From Chrysochromulina tobinii (lineage: Eukaryota), in the NCBI GenBank assembly GCA_001275005.1, contig JWZX01003321.1, forward strand, positions 1-63,401: a DNA stretch of 63,401 bases. Direction: 5' to 3'. A program made the translations under genes and the position numbers. Of the stretch, positions 10,943 through 24,100 are shown piece after piece (the stretch's first letter is position 1; each line of letters starts with the position of its first letter). A model generated the notes under the pieces. That model ran no database searches, had not been told where the DNA came from, and saw only the letters and a program-made list of their open reading frames with translations.

Positions 10943-13919
10943 ATGGTGTTGGCACTCGTCCTCATCCCACGAGCAACTTGCGAACCGTGCCCTCCGGAGG
11001 CCTGTGGACCCAACAGTATCTGCTTGCAGCCTGATGGCTGTTGGCTGGGCTTGTGCATTGGCGGTGTTGGCTGCTCTTCCAATCCGCCACCGCCAAGCCC
11101 ACCATATCCACCTTCGCCGCCTCCGCCGCCTTCTCCCTCGCCACCGCCCCCCATTCCGCCACATTGCCCACCACTGCCACCGGCTGTGCCACCGCCCATG
11201 CAGCCCGGCGCACCGTTATCACCACCGCCCAGTCCGATATCACCTAGAGCACCGCCTTCACCACCACCTTGTCCACCATCGCCCCCCCCCCCGCCGCCAT
11301 CGCCGCCACCCGCTCCAGGAGGGTGGGCCGACAACAGTGTACTGATCCTCGTCTTCATCATCGTAGCTTCCGTGGTTGCCGTACTCGTTTGCTTGCGCAT
11401 GGCATACGTGGCTGTGCGCGAGGATGGCTCGCGCTGGGTGCGCGCGAGGATGGCCGAGCGCCGTGTCAAGATGGCCAAGCGCCGCCCCTCTGTGGCGCCG
11501 GCATCACAGGCTGAGTATGGCCCACCACGCCATTCACGCACGTATGGCCCATCTGAAGGTGGTGACGACTCTGAGGGTCACCTAGCATCAATCGCAGAAG
11601 AGGGAGCGTGGACGGCAGACCAACCAAAACCCTTTGCAATGCAGCTGGCCGAGATGACGGCCGAGATGCTGGCGAAGCAGGCCGCAGGATGGGATGAAGA
11701 ATCGCGGCCATATGCCACGTCGTCCATCGACGGCGACGACGGTGGCGACGCAAGATCTCTCGCGACGGCCGATTTCGCGTCAAGATCATCAACGAGGCCA
11801 TCCACGAGGCCATCCACGAGGCCATCGAGCGGAAGTCGGACGAGGCCATCAACAAGGCCATCAAGCGCAGGTCGGACTGTGACCTTCTCTCCATCAGACA
11901 GCCGAATTTCAAGCCCACGGTCATTGTCGAATGCCAGGCGCCTTGCCCCGCTCACCTCGAAAGGCGCCACGTCGGACAAGAACTATGCAGGGCTTTCCAA
12001 GGCGCTTCACGACATTGACAAAGCGCTCGCAACTTCAAGCGACTCGAACATACCGAGTGGTCTGACCCCACGTGAGGCCATGCAACTGATGACGCTCAAC
12101 GCCGCCATGGGCCAAAACCCGTGCGATGCGAATATGAGCTTGCCTGCAGCTTCGCCGCGCATCCCGAACATGTCGCCGCGCCCGTCACGACCGTCATCGC
12201 GACCGTCGTCGCGACCGTCATCTGCGACGTCATCTCGGAACATGTCGCCTCGCCATTCACCAAGGCACGTGTCGCCGCGCGTCATGAACTTGAGCGAAAT
12301 GCCTGTCGCCGGCACGGCCACCGAAGTCGTTCGGCGTTGCGATTTCGACGGGCATGCTCGAGAAAGAGCGCCGACCAACGTTTCGGTCCCTTCCTTCGTG
12401 AGCAGGCCCCAGAGCGCCGCCGCGCCGACGAAACGAGACCAGTCCACCTTTCTTCGACCACAGAGTGCGGGTTGCCTGAACAACATTCGCGAGCAGGAAA
12501 GCCATCGCCGAGTAGGGTGGCTGGGCGCTCAACCTGAAGGGGTCGCTGACCAGGCTCCTGACCAGCATCCGGTCGAGGAGGCGGACTGGCGCAGTGACTC
12601 GGGTTTGGGCGACGGCGCGTTTTTTCAGGACCCCGGTCCCCATCCCAAGTCATCCCAAGTCACACTTGTGGAGCGAGTCCAGTCGGACAGAAGAGGCTGC
12701 ATCGAGGCCCCCTCCAACAAAGCGCGAAATCCAACAGGCATATGAGAATGCAAGCATGGCGGCCGCGGTCGCTTCAGCCGCGGCTGAGCAAGAGGAGGCC
12801 TTGGCCGAACAACGACAGAAGGCTGACGCTGAGGCGCGCATTGCCGAGGCCTCGGAGAGGGTGAAGATTCGTGCGGAGGCGCGGAAACAACAGGCGAAGG
12901 CGGAGGAAGCGGCGAGGGCGGAGGAAGCGGCGAGCCGGCTCGCGAAGCTCGAGATGGAGAGTCAGGCGAAGGCGGATGTGGAGAAAGCGGCGAGACTCGA
13001 GAACGAGCTCAAGTCGAAACTCGTGAGACTCGAGGACGAGCTCAAGGCAAGGGCAGATGCAGAGGCAGCGGCGGCGACCCGGATCGCGCTGCTGGAGCAC
13101 GAGCTCCTTGCGAGCGTTCGTTCTCGACCTACATCTGCCGCCCCCAGATGCAATCCCGCGGCCGCAGCACGGCTCGCAGCTTCCTGCGCCACCGCGGCCG
13201 CTGCAGCGGCCGCGGTTGCGGCAGAGGCAGCCCATATGGAGGCGGATGAAAAGGCGGCGGCTGAGGCAGCCCATGCGGCAGCGGAGGCGGCTGAAAAGGC
13301 GGCGGCGGCAGAGGCGGCCGAAGCTTCTCAGCAGCCTATCAGCACCCCTGCAGAACCCGAGAAGAGTGCTGCTGACCGCCCCGTAAATCGCCGCGCTCAA
13401 GTGGTGCGACCGGCAGCAGCAGCGGCGAACAAATTGCGCAAGGCGAACAGTGTGGTCCGCGCGGCCAATGCCTTCGGCTCAGCCTCGAAACCTCTTGGCT
13501 CATGTGCCGATTCACCTGACGGGAAACGAAAGAAGAAAACCTTGACAGTGAGTGCGATACAATCGCAAGCTGGAGATGACGAGGGCGCTGATGATGTGCA
13601 CCCGAAGGAGAAGATGCAACCTGCGGAGGTTGCAGCTCGGAGCAACCTGCTCGCTCTGAGCGATGCCGAGGCGCCAGGCCCTCTCGAGCCCCAAGAATCG
13701 TTCACAACCGCCGACATGGAAGCCATTCTCGCCGAGCCAATCCGCCCCGCAGAGCCTGAGAGGGCATCGCTCAATGCTGCTAAGCGCACGGCAGAGCGCA
13801 ACGCTCAAGCGGCGCTGAAGCACGCGCAACGACTGCAAAAGGCGGGCACGGCCGTCCGCGCGATCACTGCTTGTGCCTCAAACTTGAGACCGTCGTCGGC
13901 CTCGTCGTCGCGGTCCTAA
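10943..13919 (+). CDS. Single-pass membrane protein (Cys-rich head, Pro-rich stalk, TM, Ser-rich and coiled-coil tail); frameshifted at 12641-12660
   Basis: ORFs 10799-12745 and 12594-13919 fuse in frame if one copy of the 10-bp tandem CATCCCAAGT is removed. Confidence 0.6.
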
Positions 13920-14050
13920 TAAGTATCTTTATCGTCGAGGCTGACTCTCGCAGCGCATGACGGTACGAAAGTCGTAGTTAGGGCTGTGGAGGGATCCACT
14001 CGAGTTAAGAAACTACCGGGTACCCGGTAAAAAAACCCGGTAACTAATTC

Positions 14051-16456
14051 ATGGCCAAGTTTCCAAAAAGTTCAAAAAAGTTTGACTTCGTCACGCGCGG
14101 CGAAGAGATAAGAATGGAGCTTGTCCTACCTCAGCCGACACCGGAGGAAACGGCGCCCGAGCCGCCGGAGCCGGCGCCGGAGGGCACAGAGGCGGAGCCG
14201 CGCGGCATATTGAAGACAAACGTGAAGGTGACACGGACAGTGATGGTGAGGGCCTTGATCCACCGTTTGCTGGACGTCAACCTCGTGCTTCAGCAGTTCG
14301 CAGTGAAATCACAGATTGAGGCCAGCTGGTTCGAGCCCGAGCTCAAGCCGTTGACGAGCAAGAGTACGACGACGACGATGACTTTGGCGGACGTCGAAGC
14401 GGCGCGCTCCATCGCAGTCGACAGGAGCCGCACGAACCAGTACGTGGGCCATTTGTACTGCTACCTGCCCTCTGAGAAGGAGGAGGATCTTGAAGCCGAG
14501 AAAAGCGCTAAGCGCTTTTGGGCCCCGCGGCTCTACTTTGACAACGTGCTCACGATGGAGAACGAAGAGTCGTGGTACCACTTTTATGATTCGGCACCCG
14601 GCGAGGCTTCGAATCCTCCGATGGTGTGCCTGCACTGGTCGTTCACGGGCACCTTCTCCGAGCCCATGGAACTCTCCTCATTCCCGCTCGACGCGCAGAT
14701 CCTCACGATGCGCCTCGTGAGCGGCCATGAGGAGGTGCGTGCGGCCAACCCCTCCGTCGAGAAGCGTACCATCGTCCAACGCGGCGCCAGGGTGCGCGCG
14801 AAGCAGGTGGAGCTCGTCAAGAACGCGTCGTCGAAACGCCGAAGCAATCTGCGCACGCACACCTTCCTGCAGGCGCATGAGTACACTCTGTACCCGCGCC
14901 TCAATTTCCACGCTGGAGAGACACGTGAGGAGGATTCGTCCTCAGCCAGCGTGTACGCCGCTGATGGCCTCGGAGTGCCACGGATGGCCTCCCTGATGGC
15001 CCCTCGATGACCTCCCTGATGGCCTCCCTGCATGGCCTCCCTCATTGCCTCCCTTGATTGCCTCAGGTACCCTTGATTGCCTCCCTCATTGCCTCCCTTG
15101 ATTGCCTCTCTCATCAGGTACCCCTTGATTGCCTCCCTCATTGCCTCCCTTGATTGCCTCCCTCATCAGCTACCCCTTAATTGCCTCTCTTGATTGCCTC
15201 CCTTGATTGCCTCCCTCATCAGGTACCCATTGATTGCCTCCCTCATCAGGTACCCCTTCATCGACATCCAGATGCGCGTGCGCCGCCGGCCATGGAACTG
15301 GTTCTTCAATGTCGTCTTTCCGCTCTTCATCCTGCAGGGCAGTTTGGTCACGACGTACGCCATCGACACGGGGCTTGCCGATCGCGCAGGCGTGACCATC
15401 ACGCTCTTGCTCGCCATCATCGCCTTCCGGTACGTGGTGACCGAGAAGCTGCCGCAGATCTCGTACGCCACCCTGATCGACCTGTACGTGCTGAGCAGCT
15501 TCGTACTCGCCGCCCTCATCATCGGCGATCAGACGTGCTTCGGGCTCGGGCTCTACGGCGAGAAGCGCGACCTGCGAGTCGAGATCGCCTCGCCGTTTGA
15601 TTGGGTTGAGGGTGCGGACGGAGGGTGGACGCAGCGGCAGGTGGAGATTGGTGGGCCTCTAGTTCACGTCTTCCTCGTGTGGGTGACGATCCACGGCGTG
15701 ATCGTCCTTGCCATCCTCGCGCGCGCCGCCTACTTCTATCGGGACGAGGAGTCCTGGGGATACTCGGAGACGACCCTGTGGATTGGAGCCCTCGTCCCGG
15801 GCTCGATCTCAGACGATGGTAAGAGCGACCCGCGGCTCACTGATGAGGCCACCTCCGCCCTGGGCGCCTTCCTCGCGCACGTGCTCGACGAGAGCCTGCC
15901 CAACCTGTCCAAGCGCTGCCGGTTGAGCACATGGACGCCCGATGCTGCCAACGCCGTGATCCATAACCTCAGCCGTCATGCCAACGGCCAGGAGGGCGAT
16001 GGCTATCGGGGCACGACGCCTTTTCTAGTCGCGACGTTTGCGTCGGCGAGCGACGCGCGAAAGGTGCTCGCCTTTGTGGCCGAGGTCCTACCAGACGACG
16101 AGCATGAGTACAAAGAGGAGGTGCTTGCTGAGGACGTGCGCCTCGCTAAGCCGTACTTCCGCTCGGGCGTCATCAAGGTGGAGCTCCTCGATGAGAAATA
16201 CCTTTGCCTCACTACGAGGAAGGTCCTTTCGCGCAAGGTGCTCGAGGCCAAGGGCAGGTGGAGACCCGCTCTCATAGGGGCCGACGCCATCATGCAGCGT
16301 TCGATCACCGCGATGAGCAAGAGGGTTCGCTGGGGCGGAAAGGCGGGGGGCGAGGAGTCCGACCGTTGGACTGGCAGTCCCTTAATGACTCCGACCAGCG
16401 TACCTGCCAGCGACTCCCTCAGATGGTCCTCTGTGAAGCCGTACATTGAAGATTGA
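14051..16456 (+). CDS. Pentameric ligand-gated ion channel-like protein (Cys-less, GLIC/ELIC type); intron 14953-15249
   Basis: FWAPRLYFDN; FSEPMELSSFPLDAQIL (FPxDxQ loop); RRRPWNWFFNVVFP; LADRAGVTITLLLA; LPQISYATLIDLY; four hydrophobic helices. Start may be the later ATG at 14113. Confidence 0.85.
14953..15249 (+). repeat. Intron built from repeated TGATTGCCTCCC units with several reiterated acceptor-like CAG|GTACCC motifs
   Basis: Direct reading; splicing GT 14953 to AG 15249 yields ...SASVYPFIDIQ. Confidence 0.85.
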
Positions 16457-16949
16457 GCTTTCCGGTGGCGCGCCGCAGGCTGCACATCGCGTCGTCCTGA
16501 GACGGTCTTGTTCGGGTTTGCGAGGTCTGTTCTCTGTGTCAGCATGACTGTGGGTTTAGCTTTCGGATTGTTTGTGTACGGGTTGGGCCGACATAGGCAT
16601 AGTTCAGCTTTAGCGGTTCTCTATATGGGCCAGACTATATGGCGCTACGTAGACGAAATCAAAATCATAATATTACGCCTCTCCATCCAGTACCGGGACA
16701 GTTTGTGTGTGATGTAGAGATCGGGTGAGAGAAGGAACGTCTTTCAATATCCCGGCTCCCCCCGGTGTTTTTGAACCGGGACAGTACCTAACCACGTCTG
16801 CTAACAGCCAAGAGAGTTATTGAGACATTACTTCACTCACCCGATCTCTATACACTCAGTCTACAGTCACTCGCTCCCTCCCTCACGCACTGGTTCTGGT
16901 ACAATTGTAACGGACATCGACATGCATTCGTTTGAACTAGGTTTAGAGA

Positions 16950-18044
16950 ATGGATTACTTCTTCACGAACGCGACGGTGTGCGCGGCCTCCTCTTGCACC
17001 TCGGCGTCGCTATCGCACACTCTACCGCTGGAAGCGTGGCGGTCCTCGCACACTGCGCTGGCATCGATTGCCATGCGTGACAGGTGCCATGACTGCCCTA
17101 CGATTGAGATGCACCCAGGGCTGCGCCCGTGCTCGCGCAGCCAAGAGCGGCAGGAGGTCTTTGTGCTCGCGCTGGCGACTGCGCTCGGGAAGCCGCACGA
17201 CGGCTTCTTCGTCGAGCTTGGAGGGCACGATGGGCTGCGCGCGAGCAACACGGTGTTCACAGAGAGCTGCCGAAGCTGGCGCGGGCTGCTCATTGAGCCT
17301 AACCCCAGCGCATTCGAGCTGATCCGGACGCACCGGCCGGGTGTGCTGGCAGCCCGTGGCGCGGTGTGTACCGTGCGCGGCAGGGCGACCTTTGCAGCGC
17401 GTCGCTCCGTCAGCTCAGCCAGGCATGGCGTAGCGCGCATGTCCGCGGACGAGACGGGTGGCCTCGAGACGCTCATGAATCAGAACTTTGAGCGCGCGGG
17501 CTACAAGGAGCGCGCCCCCACGGCGTGGCTCAACACGACGCGCGCTTTGCGCATCGACGTGCCGTGTGCACCTCTTCACGACTACCTTGCCCTCTTCAGT
17601 GTGCGCCGTGTCGACATCTTTTGGCTCGACGTGGAGGGGGCCGAGCTTGCGGTGAGATGCACCGAGATGCTCCGTCGAGACTGCCTCATCAACACACCGT
17701 GCCCACACTGTCCCCTCCCCAGTGCTAGCGTGTGGACTCGCACTGAGCAGCTCCGAGCGCATGCATGCACGTGTGCTGTGTTTCGTCAGGTGCTCGAAGG
17801 CTTTGATCCGACCAATCTCGGTGGGATCTCAATCGGTATTCTCGTGGTGGAGATGCGCTTCAACGACGCTCGGCGTACCTTCCGTACGCTGCGCCTTCTC
17901 AGCGGGCTGGGCTTCGAGCTGGTGCGAGCGCTGCCCGTGTGGAATTACAAGATCCTTGACCTCGTCTTCGTACGCCCCGACGCACCTTTGGGTTTTATGC
18001 CGCCGGCGACGACGGCGGCCATGGCGCCGCTGCCGTCAACATGA
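16950..18044 (+). CDS. FkbM-family methyltransferase; probable in-frame intron 17652-17789
   Basis: FFVELGGHDGLRASNT, WRGLLIEPNP, VDIFWLDVEGAELAV(L); GTGAGA...TTTCGTCAG interrupts the motif. 3' end uncertain; ORF 18041-18424 may continue it. Confidence 0.85.
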   Translation: MDYFFTNATVCAASSCTSASLSHTLPLEAWRSSHTALASIAMRDRCHDCPTIEMHPGLRPCSRSQERQEVFVLALATALGKPHDGFFVELGGHDGLRASNTVFTESCRSWRGLLIEPNPSAFELIRTHRPGVLAARGAVCTVRGRATFAARRSVSSARHGVARMSADETGGLETLMNQNFERAGYKERAPTAWLNTTRALRIDVPCAPLHDYLALFSVRRVDIFWLDVEGAELAVRCTEMLRRDCLINTPCPHCPLPSASVWTRTEQLRAHACTCAVFRQVLEGFDPTNLGGISIGILVVEMRFNDARRTFRTLRLLSGLGFELVRALPVWNYKILDLVFVRPDAPLGFMPPATTAAMAPLPST

Positions 18045-18838
18045 GCAGCAGCAGCAGCGAGAGTGAGGGCAAGGAGGGGCGGCGACGTGGACTCGGCTTC
18101 CCCAAAGCCGCCCTCGAGCTTCTAAATAGGCAGAGCCGTAACCGTCCGCCGGGCGCCAACGTGCGCTTGATGCAAGGGCGCGTGGGAGGCCGTTATGTCG
18201 TCCCGCCGCCCTCGTCGATCCTTGAGTGCGCAGTGTGGGCGGCGCCGAAGAGCGACCGCCAAAGTCACGGCAACGGTACGCTTGTGGCGGCGCATGGCAT
18301 GCTGCGCATGGAGCGTGTGAACGGCGCTAATCGGACCCGTGATTGGACCAGCTGGCGCGTCCATAAGAAGTTGGACCAGCTGAGCTTCGTGCGGATGAAG
18401 AGTGAGAGCGCAAGCGTATGCTGAGAGACGAGCGAGATGTAACTCAAGACGTCAAGAGAGATGGCGCACGGCTCACGCTAATCACGCGGACGAAAATAAC
18501 GAGCACGATAACCATCATCGCAGATCCGTAGCCAAGAGCCGGAAGACATGCACGTGGTCGGCTGCGCATTGCTGCCCTTGATGCGAGCCTTCGGCTTCGC
18601 CGCCGCGGGGGCGGTAGCTGTGGCTGGCATGGGTCCTGCCCGCGACCGTCGCCTGTCCTTCTCTTCCTTAGCCTGTTTGCTCGGTTTGTGTTGCGTGCTG
18701 TGTCGCGTTAATATTGGCTATGGATATATGACACATCCCAAGAAATGACAGCGTTTTCAGGGTCAACTAGCAGTTCACAGTCGGCCTTGTTTTCACACCT
18801 TGCTCCGAGACGAAAGAGCGAGCGTGCTCCGTCCGTGG

Positions 18839-20747
18839 ATGTGGACTGCCATAGGTGTGCTCGCGGTGGCGCTGCTTGTGGCGCTGTCAGCGCTCGCATG
18901 GATTTCGTTTCGGCGCGAGATCGAAGTGCGGCACTGGAAGCAGGTAGCACGGCAGCAAGAACAGCACGCCAGCGAGATGCTCTTCAAACAGAGAGAAGTG
19001 CGCAGACAGCACGATGAACTCCAGAGCTGGATCGATGATTACTACGCGCTCGACTCTGCGCGGCTGCAGGCTGAAATGGGGCCTCGACGTGCTGGTCGTG
19101 CAGTCAACAACAACAACAACACTGGCAGGCACTTTGACAGTTCTCCATCTGTCGTCGACTACGTGTTCATGTGGGTGGACGCAGGTAACCCTCACGTCGA
19201 GTCGACGATGGCTTCAGCTTTGCGCAACAAGCAGCTCTCTCGCAGGCCCGACATTCAGCGGGTGAGGGATGACGGCACCTTTCAATTTGCGCTGCGGTCG
19301 GTGTTGCAGACGCCCCGGTTGGAGGCGGCGATCCGCAACGTGTACATCGTGACGAGCGGCGAGCTGCCACCGTGGCTACTCCCGTGGCTGGGAGACGTGC
19401 CGAACGACGTCCGTTCTTCACTCTTCACGCGGACACCTCTGCGCGCCCCGCTGCAGCCGCTGGTCGATGAGTGCCAAGGGCGCGCTTGGCGGGCCTCGCA
19501 TGGGCATGCTGTACGAGCGCGCAGCCTGTACGTCTACCCTCACAACGCCTTCTTCCCCGAGCCGCTGCGGGCGCTGCCGACGTACAACTCAAACGCTATT
19601 CTCGCCGCATTGCATTGGATCCCCAACATCTCGCGCTGGTGAGATTGCATGAGATTGCATGAGATTGCATCGGATCTCAAACATCTGACCGCCCCTCACC
19701 TCGGCGCACCCCTCGTCCTCCCACCACCGCAGGTTCATCTACTCTGACGATGACATCGTGGCCAGTGGGCGTGACTTCGGTCTTGAGTTTTGGTGGGAGG
19801 CGGGTGGCGCGGCGGCAGGCGGCGCGGCGGCAGGAGGCGAGGCAGCGGGCGGGGCGCAGCTAGTCTTCTTTGATGCGAGCTTGCCGGTACGGCGCAACCA
19901 GTCGACCGACGGCAACGTCGTTGAGCGGGCCATGGTCTACATGGCTGGCGTGCTCGACGAGGTAGACGATACCCGCGAGGGCGCTTGGATCCAACGTACC
20001 GGTGCTGGCGAGAGAGCGGCGGGTAGCGTGGTGGGCGGCGCGGCGGGTGGTGCGGTAGGAGGCTTCGAGCGGAGCAGTGCGCCACAGCAGAGTTCGAGTG
20101 AGTCTCGGCGCCTTCCCCCCCCTCGGCGCCTTCCCCCGCCTCGGCGCATCCCCCCCCCTCGAGAGTACGCGCCGGCGGTGCACATGCCCGTGCTCTTCAA
20201 CGTGCGCGTACTCTGGGAGATTGAGTCGAGGTGGCCGGAGCTCATGTCGCGCACTAGGGCCCACAGGAAGCGCGAGATGGACGAGATCGAGCTCAACTTC
20301 TTCTACCAGCACTACCTCGAGCTGAGCGGCTACCCGACAGCGCGCCACGCTATCAAGCGCTTTCGTGTGGGGTACCACCCGGTGCAGCTGTGCGGCACCC
20401 CGTGGGGAGGCTCCATCTGCAACAGCACGCTCAGCAGCGACCGCTACAACTTTGTGTGCTTCAACGACGGCTTCAACCACGGAGCAGATGGCGCACAATG
20501 TGAGTTATGCTACGAGCGCGGCGTACGCCACCTTCAGCACCTGCTGGGCCACCGCTTTGGCACTTTTGGCCCACCGGCCGGCGATCATGGGCGAGTCTCC
20601 ACCACTCTCTCAACCACTCCAATGGGGCTGCAAGCGAGCCTATTAAGAATGAATCGTGCGGTGCGCGGCGGAGCCGGAGCGAGGGAATCCCACGCAGAAG
20701 CGGGCCCAGTAGTACGTATCACTTTGATTAAACACGTGGACACGTAA
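18839..20747 (+). CDS. Stealth-family hexose-1-phosphate (GlcNAc-1-P) transferase, type II membrane protein; intron 19639-19732
   Basis: CR1 VDYVFMWVD; CR2 RDDGTFQFALRSV...LPTYNSNAI..LHWIP..WFIYSDDD (across the intron); CR3 HMP; CR4 FVCFND; N-terminal TM + coiled coil. Confidence 0.88.
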
Positions 20748-21156
20748 AGTCGTACGTCTGTCGGCGGCGATTCGCCTCGCTGGCCATAGGCCAAGCTGGC
20801 GTCGAAGCTGGCGTGGCCTGCAATGGTCCTCCGCTCTCTCCCACGGAAACAGCGCTCGAACTACAGGGTTCAGGGTTGGGCGTACCCGACACCCATAGAA
20901 ATGCGATGGGATGGATCACGTTTGACCTTACGTGAGTACGTCGCTTCCCCCCCCTCGGACCGCGCAGTCACGCAGGGCCGTTTCCTCTTCTGTGCCACCG
21001 AACACTGTCCGTCATGATGCCATGAGTGACTCCGGCTGGGTGATGCGCGATCATACGCTTTCGCTCCCAGCCACCTTCGGGCACGTCACCTGAGACCGTC
21101 TCTCAATCGAAGGTGTCGTCAATCTCGTCAATCTCGTCGATGTCGGAGACCGTCTC

Positions 21157-24100
21157 TCAATCGAAGGTGTCGCAGAGTGAGCGTACACGGAGCCCAACGC
21201 CAAAGTCGTCCCACGAGCCTTGCTTCTGCGCGGTGAACGTGATGGTCTTTTCGGAGCCCGCAAGCATCATGAAGGCTCCGTCGCTAAAGGCACCCGCGAC
21301 GTGGAGCGACGCGAGGCTCACGAAGGCTGCTGTGCGCTCGGCACGCAGCCGCACGCTCGCGTTGAGACCTCCCACGGATGGTGGTGGCACATCAACTGAG
21401 AGCACAACAACGCTGGCTTTGGGAAGCGTAGCGTATTTCATCGGAGTCCAAAAATGGAACGCCTCGATGGGCCCGGTCCCGTTGCCACCGAACGAGAGAC
21501 GCACGAACGTCTCGTTGCGAGTCAACTTTGGGCCCGCGCCGCCGCTCGCGGCGGCGAGCAGATCGTCGATGTTCACCGTGTACCCCTCTTGCGTGCCGAG
21601 TGCGGGGGCGACCGCGAGGTGTGTCACCCGCCACAGGACGACTGCGGGCGAGTCGGCCCACCGATAGATCTCGAGGTCGAGATTGTCAGAGAGATCTCGC
21701 GTCAGATCGCTCGTCAGATGGACGGTCAGCATGCCGGTGCCTGCCGCCTCGGTGGCGCTGACGAGGACCGGCGCAAAAGCGCGCGCCACGCCGTGGTGCG
21801 AGAGCTTCGGAGTGCCATCGAATTCAATCGTCGACCAACTCGGCCCGGGCCAAATGTCATTGAGCTGCCAGTAGAGCACGCCCATGGTGTTCGTCGGCAT
21901 CGAGCGCTGCCGCCGCCACTGCGCGAAGGCGGTCTCGTAGCAACGCCCCTGCTGCAACTGGGTCAGCCACAGGTAGTCCGAAAACACTTTGGGCTGCATC
22001 GTCGACACGTTGGCGGGGGGCACCTTGAAGTGCGAGCTCATCATCTTCTCGACCTGATGAGGGAGACAATCATATGCAATCAGGGGGCCATCAGGGCGAT
22101 GAGGGGCACCTTGAAGTGCGAGCTCATCAACTTCTCGACCTGATGAGGGAGGGCAATCATATGCAATCATCTTCTCGACCTGCTCGTTGCCCAGCTGGTG
22201 GCGCTGCCGGTAGAAAAGGAGCCACGAGTCGCGCGAGTGGTCCTCGGGCGCCGTGACGGGCGCGTAGCTCTCAAAGGAGGGGAAGGATTGAAAGCCATGC
22301 TCCGAGATGAAGCGGGCGAGTGGGTACCTGATGAGGGAGGCAATCATAGGCAATCAATGGACCATCAGGTCAATTGGGGGCACTCAGGGAGCCGTGCTCC
22401 GAGATGAAGCGGGCGAGTGGGTACGTGGACGGATCTTCGCAGTCCGCATTGTAGTTGTAGTAGTGCCGATCTCCCCACGAGGGCGCTTGGGGATAGTCGG
22501 GTGCGTCGCCCATCGCGTCGCCCCAGCGCTTGACCAACGGAGAGCGCCCGTCGAGATCGCTCGAGATGAGCCCGTTCGAGGGCGAGCTATCTACAAACGG
22601 GCGACCCTCGGGGTCGCTCGAGAGGACCGAGGGCCGTATCGTGTCGAGATAGAGCTTCACGTAGTCTGCGACGTACAGGTCACGGTTGACGCGGCTGAGA
22701 TTGAACCATTGCATCGCGTACTCGTTCTCATTCGAGCCGCCCCAGATGACAATGGACGGGTGCGCCGCCAGTCGCGCCACCTGCTGCGTCACCTCCTTGC
22801 GCACGAGGTCGAGAAAGTGGCCGTCGCGGGGATAGAGCGCACACGCAAAGATCATCTCCTGCCAGATCGACGCAGATCGAGATTTGGCCCGAGGGCAGTG
22901 ACAATCAGTGGCAATCAGTGGCAATCAGAGGCAATCAGAGGCAATTAACGACACTCACCTGCCAGATCATGATCCCGAGCTCGTCGGCGACATCGTAGAA
23001 CCAGTCGGGCAGGTAGCGCCCGCCGCCCCACACCCGCACCATGTTCATGTTGGCGGCGGCCGCGAGGCTGAGCAGCCACCGCGCGCGCTCACGGGTCTCT
23101 CGCGGCGCGAAGACATCCAGTGGAATCAAATTGGAGCCTTTGGCGAAGATGGGCACCCCATTCACACGAAAGTAGAATGAGGTACCGCTCGGCAGCCCCT
23201 CCGCCGGCGGCAGCGCAGGCTCCTCGACCAGCTCCACGGTACGCAGCCCAACACGCTGCCGCAGCGAGGACATGGGCGCCGTCGTGGGCACGCACGCCGA
23301 CGCCTCCTCGGCGTCGCTGCCGCGCCCGTCGCCAGCAGCAGCAGCAGCAGTGGGCACGGGCGTCATCGTGGGCACGGGCGTGGCGGCAGCGCAGGGCACC
23401 AGCGAGGCACGAAGCTCGTAGAGCGGCTGCTCGCCGTAGCCGCGCGGCCACCAGAGCGTTGGTGCGTCGACGAGCAGCCTTGCAAGATAAGGCGCTGCCT
23501 CCTCCTCCTCCTCTGCCCCCTCGGCCAGCTCGACGGCGCCAGATTCAGCGACGACCGAGCGCCGCGCGTGCACGCTGGCAAAGGTCAGCGACGTTTGGTA
23601 CCGTACGGCGGCCCTGGCGGCGGCATGGGCAGCATGGGTGGCGTGGGCGGCGTGGGCGCTCGCACAATCTGGCCGGCAGAGCTCGAGCCGAAGGGCCACG
23701 CGGCTTGCATGCAACCGCGTAGCGCTCCAGCCAGGCGCGAGGTGGGCATTCACAGCGAGTACCACCGAGCCGTTCCGCTGATGCTCCTGTGCTATGGAGA
23801 GCCGACGGAGCTGCGGCCCTCCCTCCGAGGCGCTCTTGCTCGGTCGAAGCGTGACGCTGCCCGTGATGCCCGTCGGCATGAAGCTGGGGCCCCAGTCCCA
23901 GCCAAAGTCGGTCGGTGACTTGCGCACAAAGTTTCGGAACGGCAGGCCGCCGACGCACGGTCCGGTTTCGCAAGTCGCATTGTAGACCCACGTGTCGCCC
24001 GGCTCGCTCCATGTGTGGTAATAGATGGACGCGGGCACAGGGTACGGATAAGCGCTGGCGCGTGCCATCCCGGCGGCGCGTGCGTTGGTGAACGCGACGC

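Noticed and set aside
22328..22346. CTGATGAG as a hammerhead ribozyme core
   Set aside because: It is the reverse complement of the intron acceptor CTCATCAG; no downstream GAAA or supporting stems seen.
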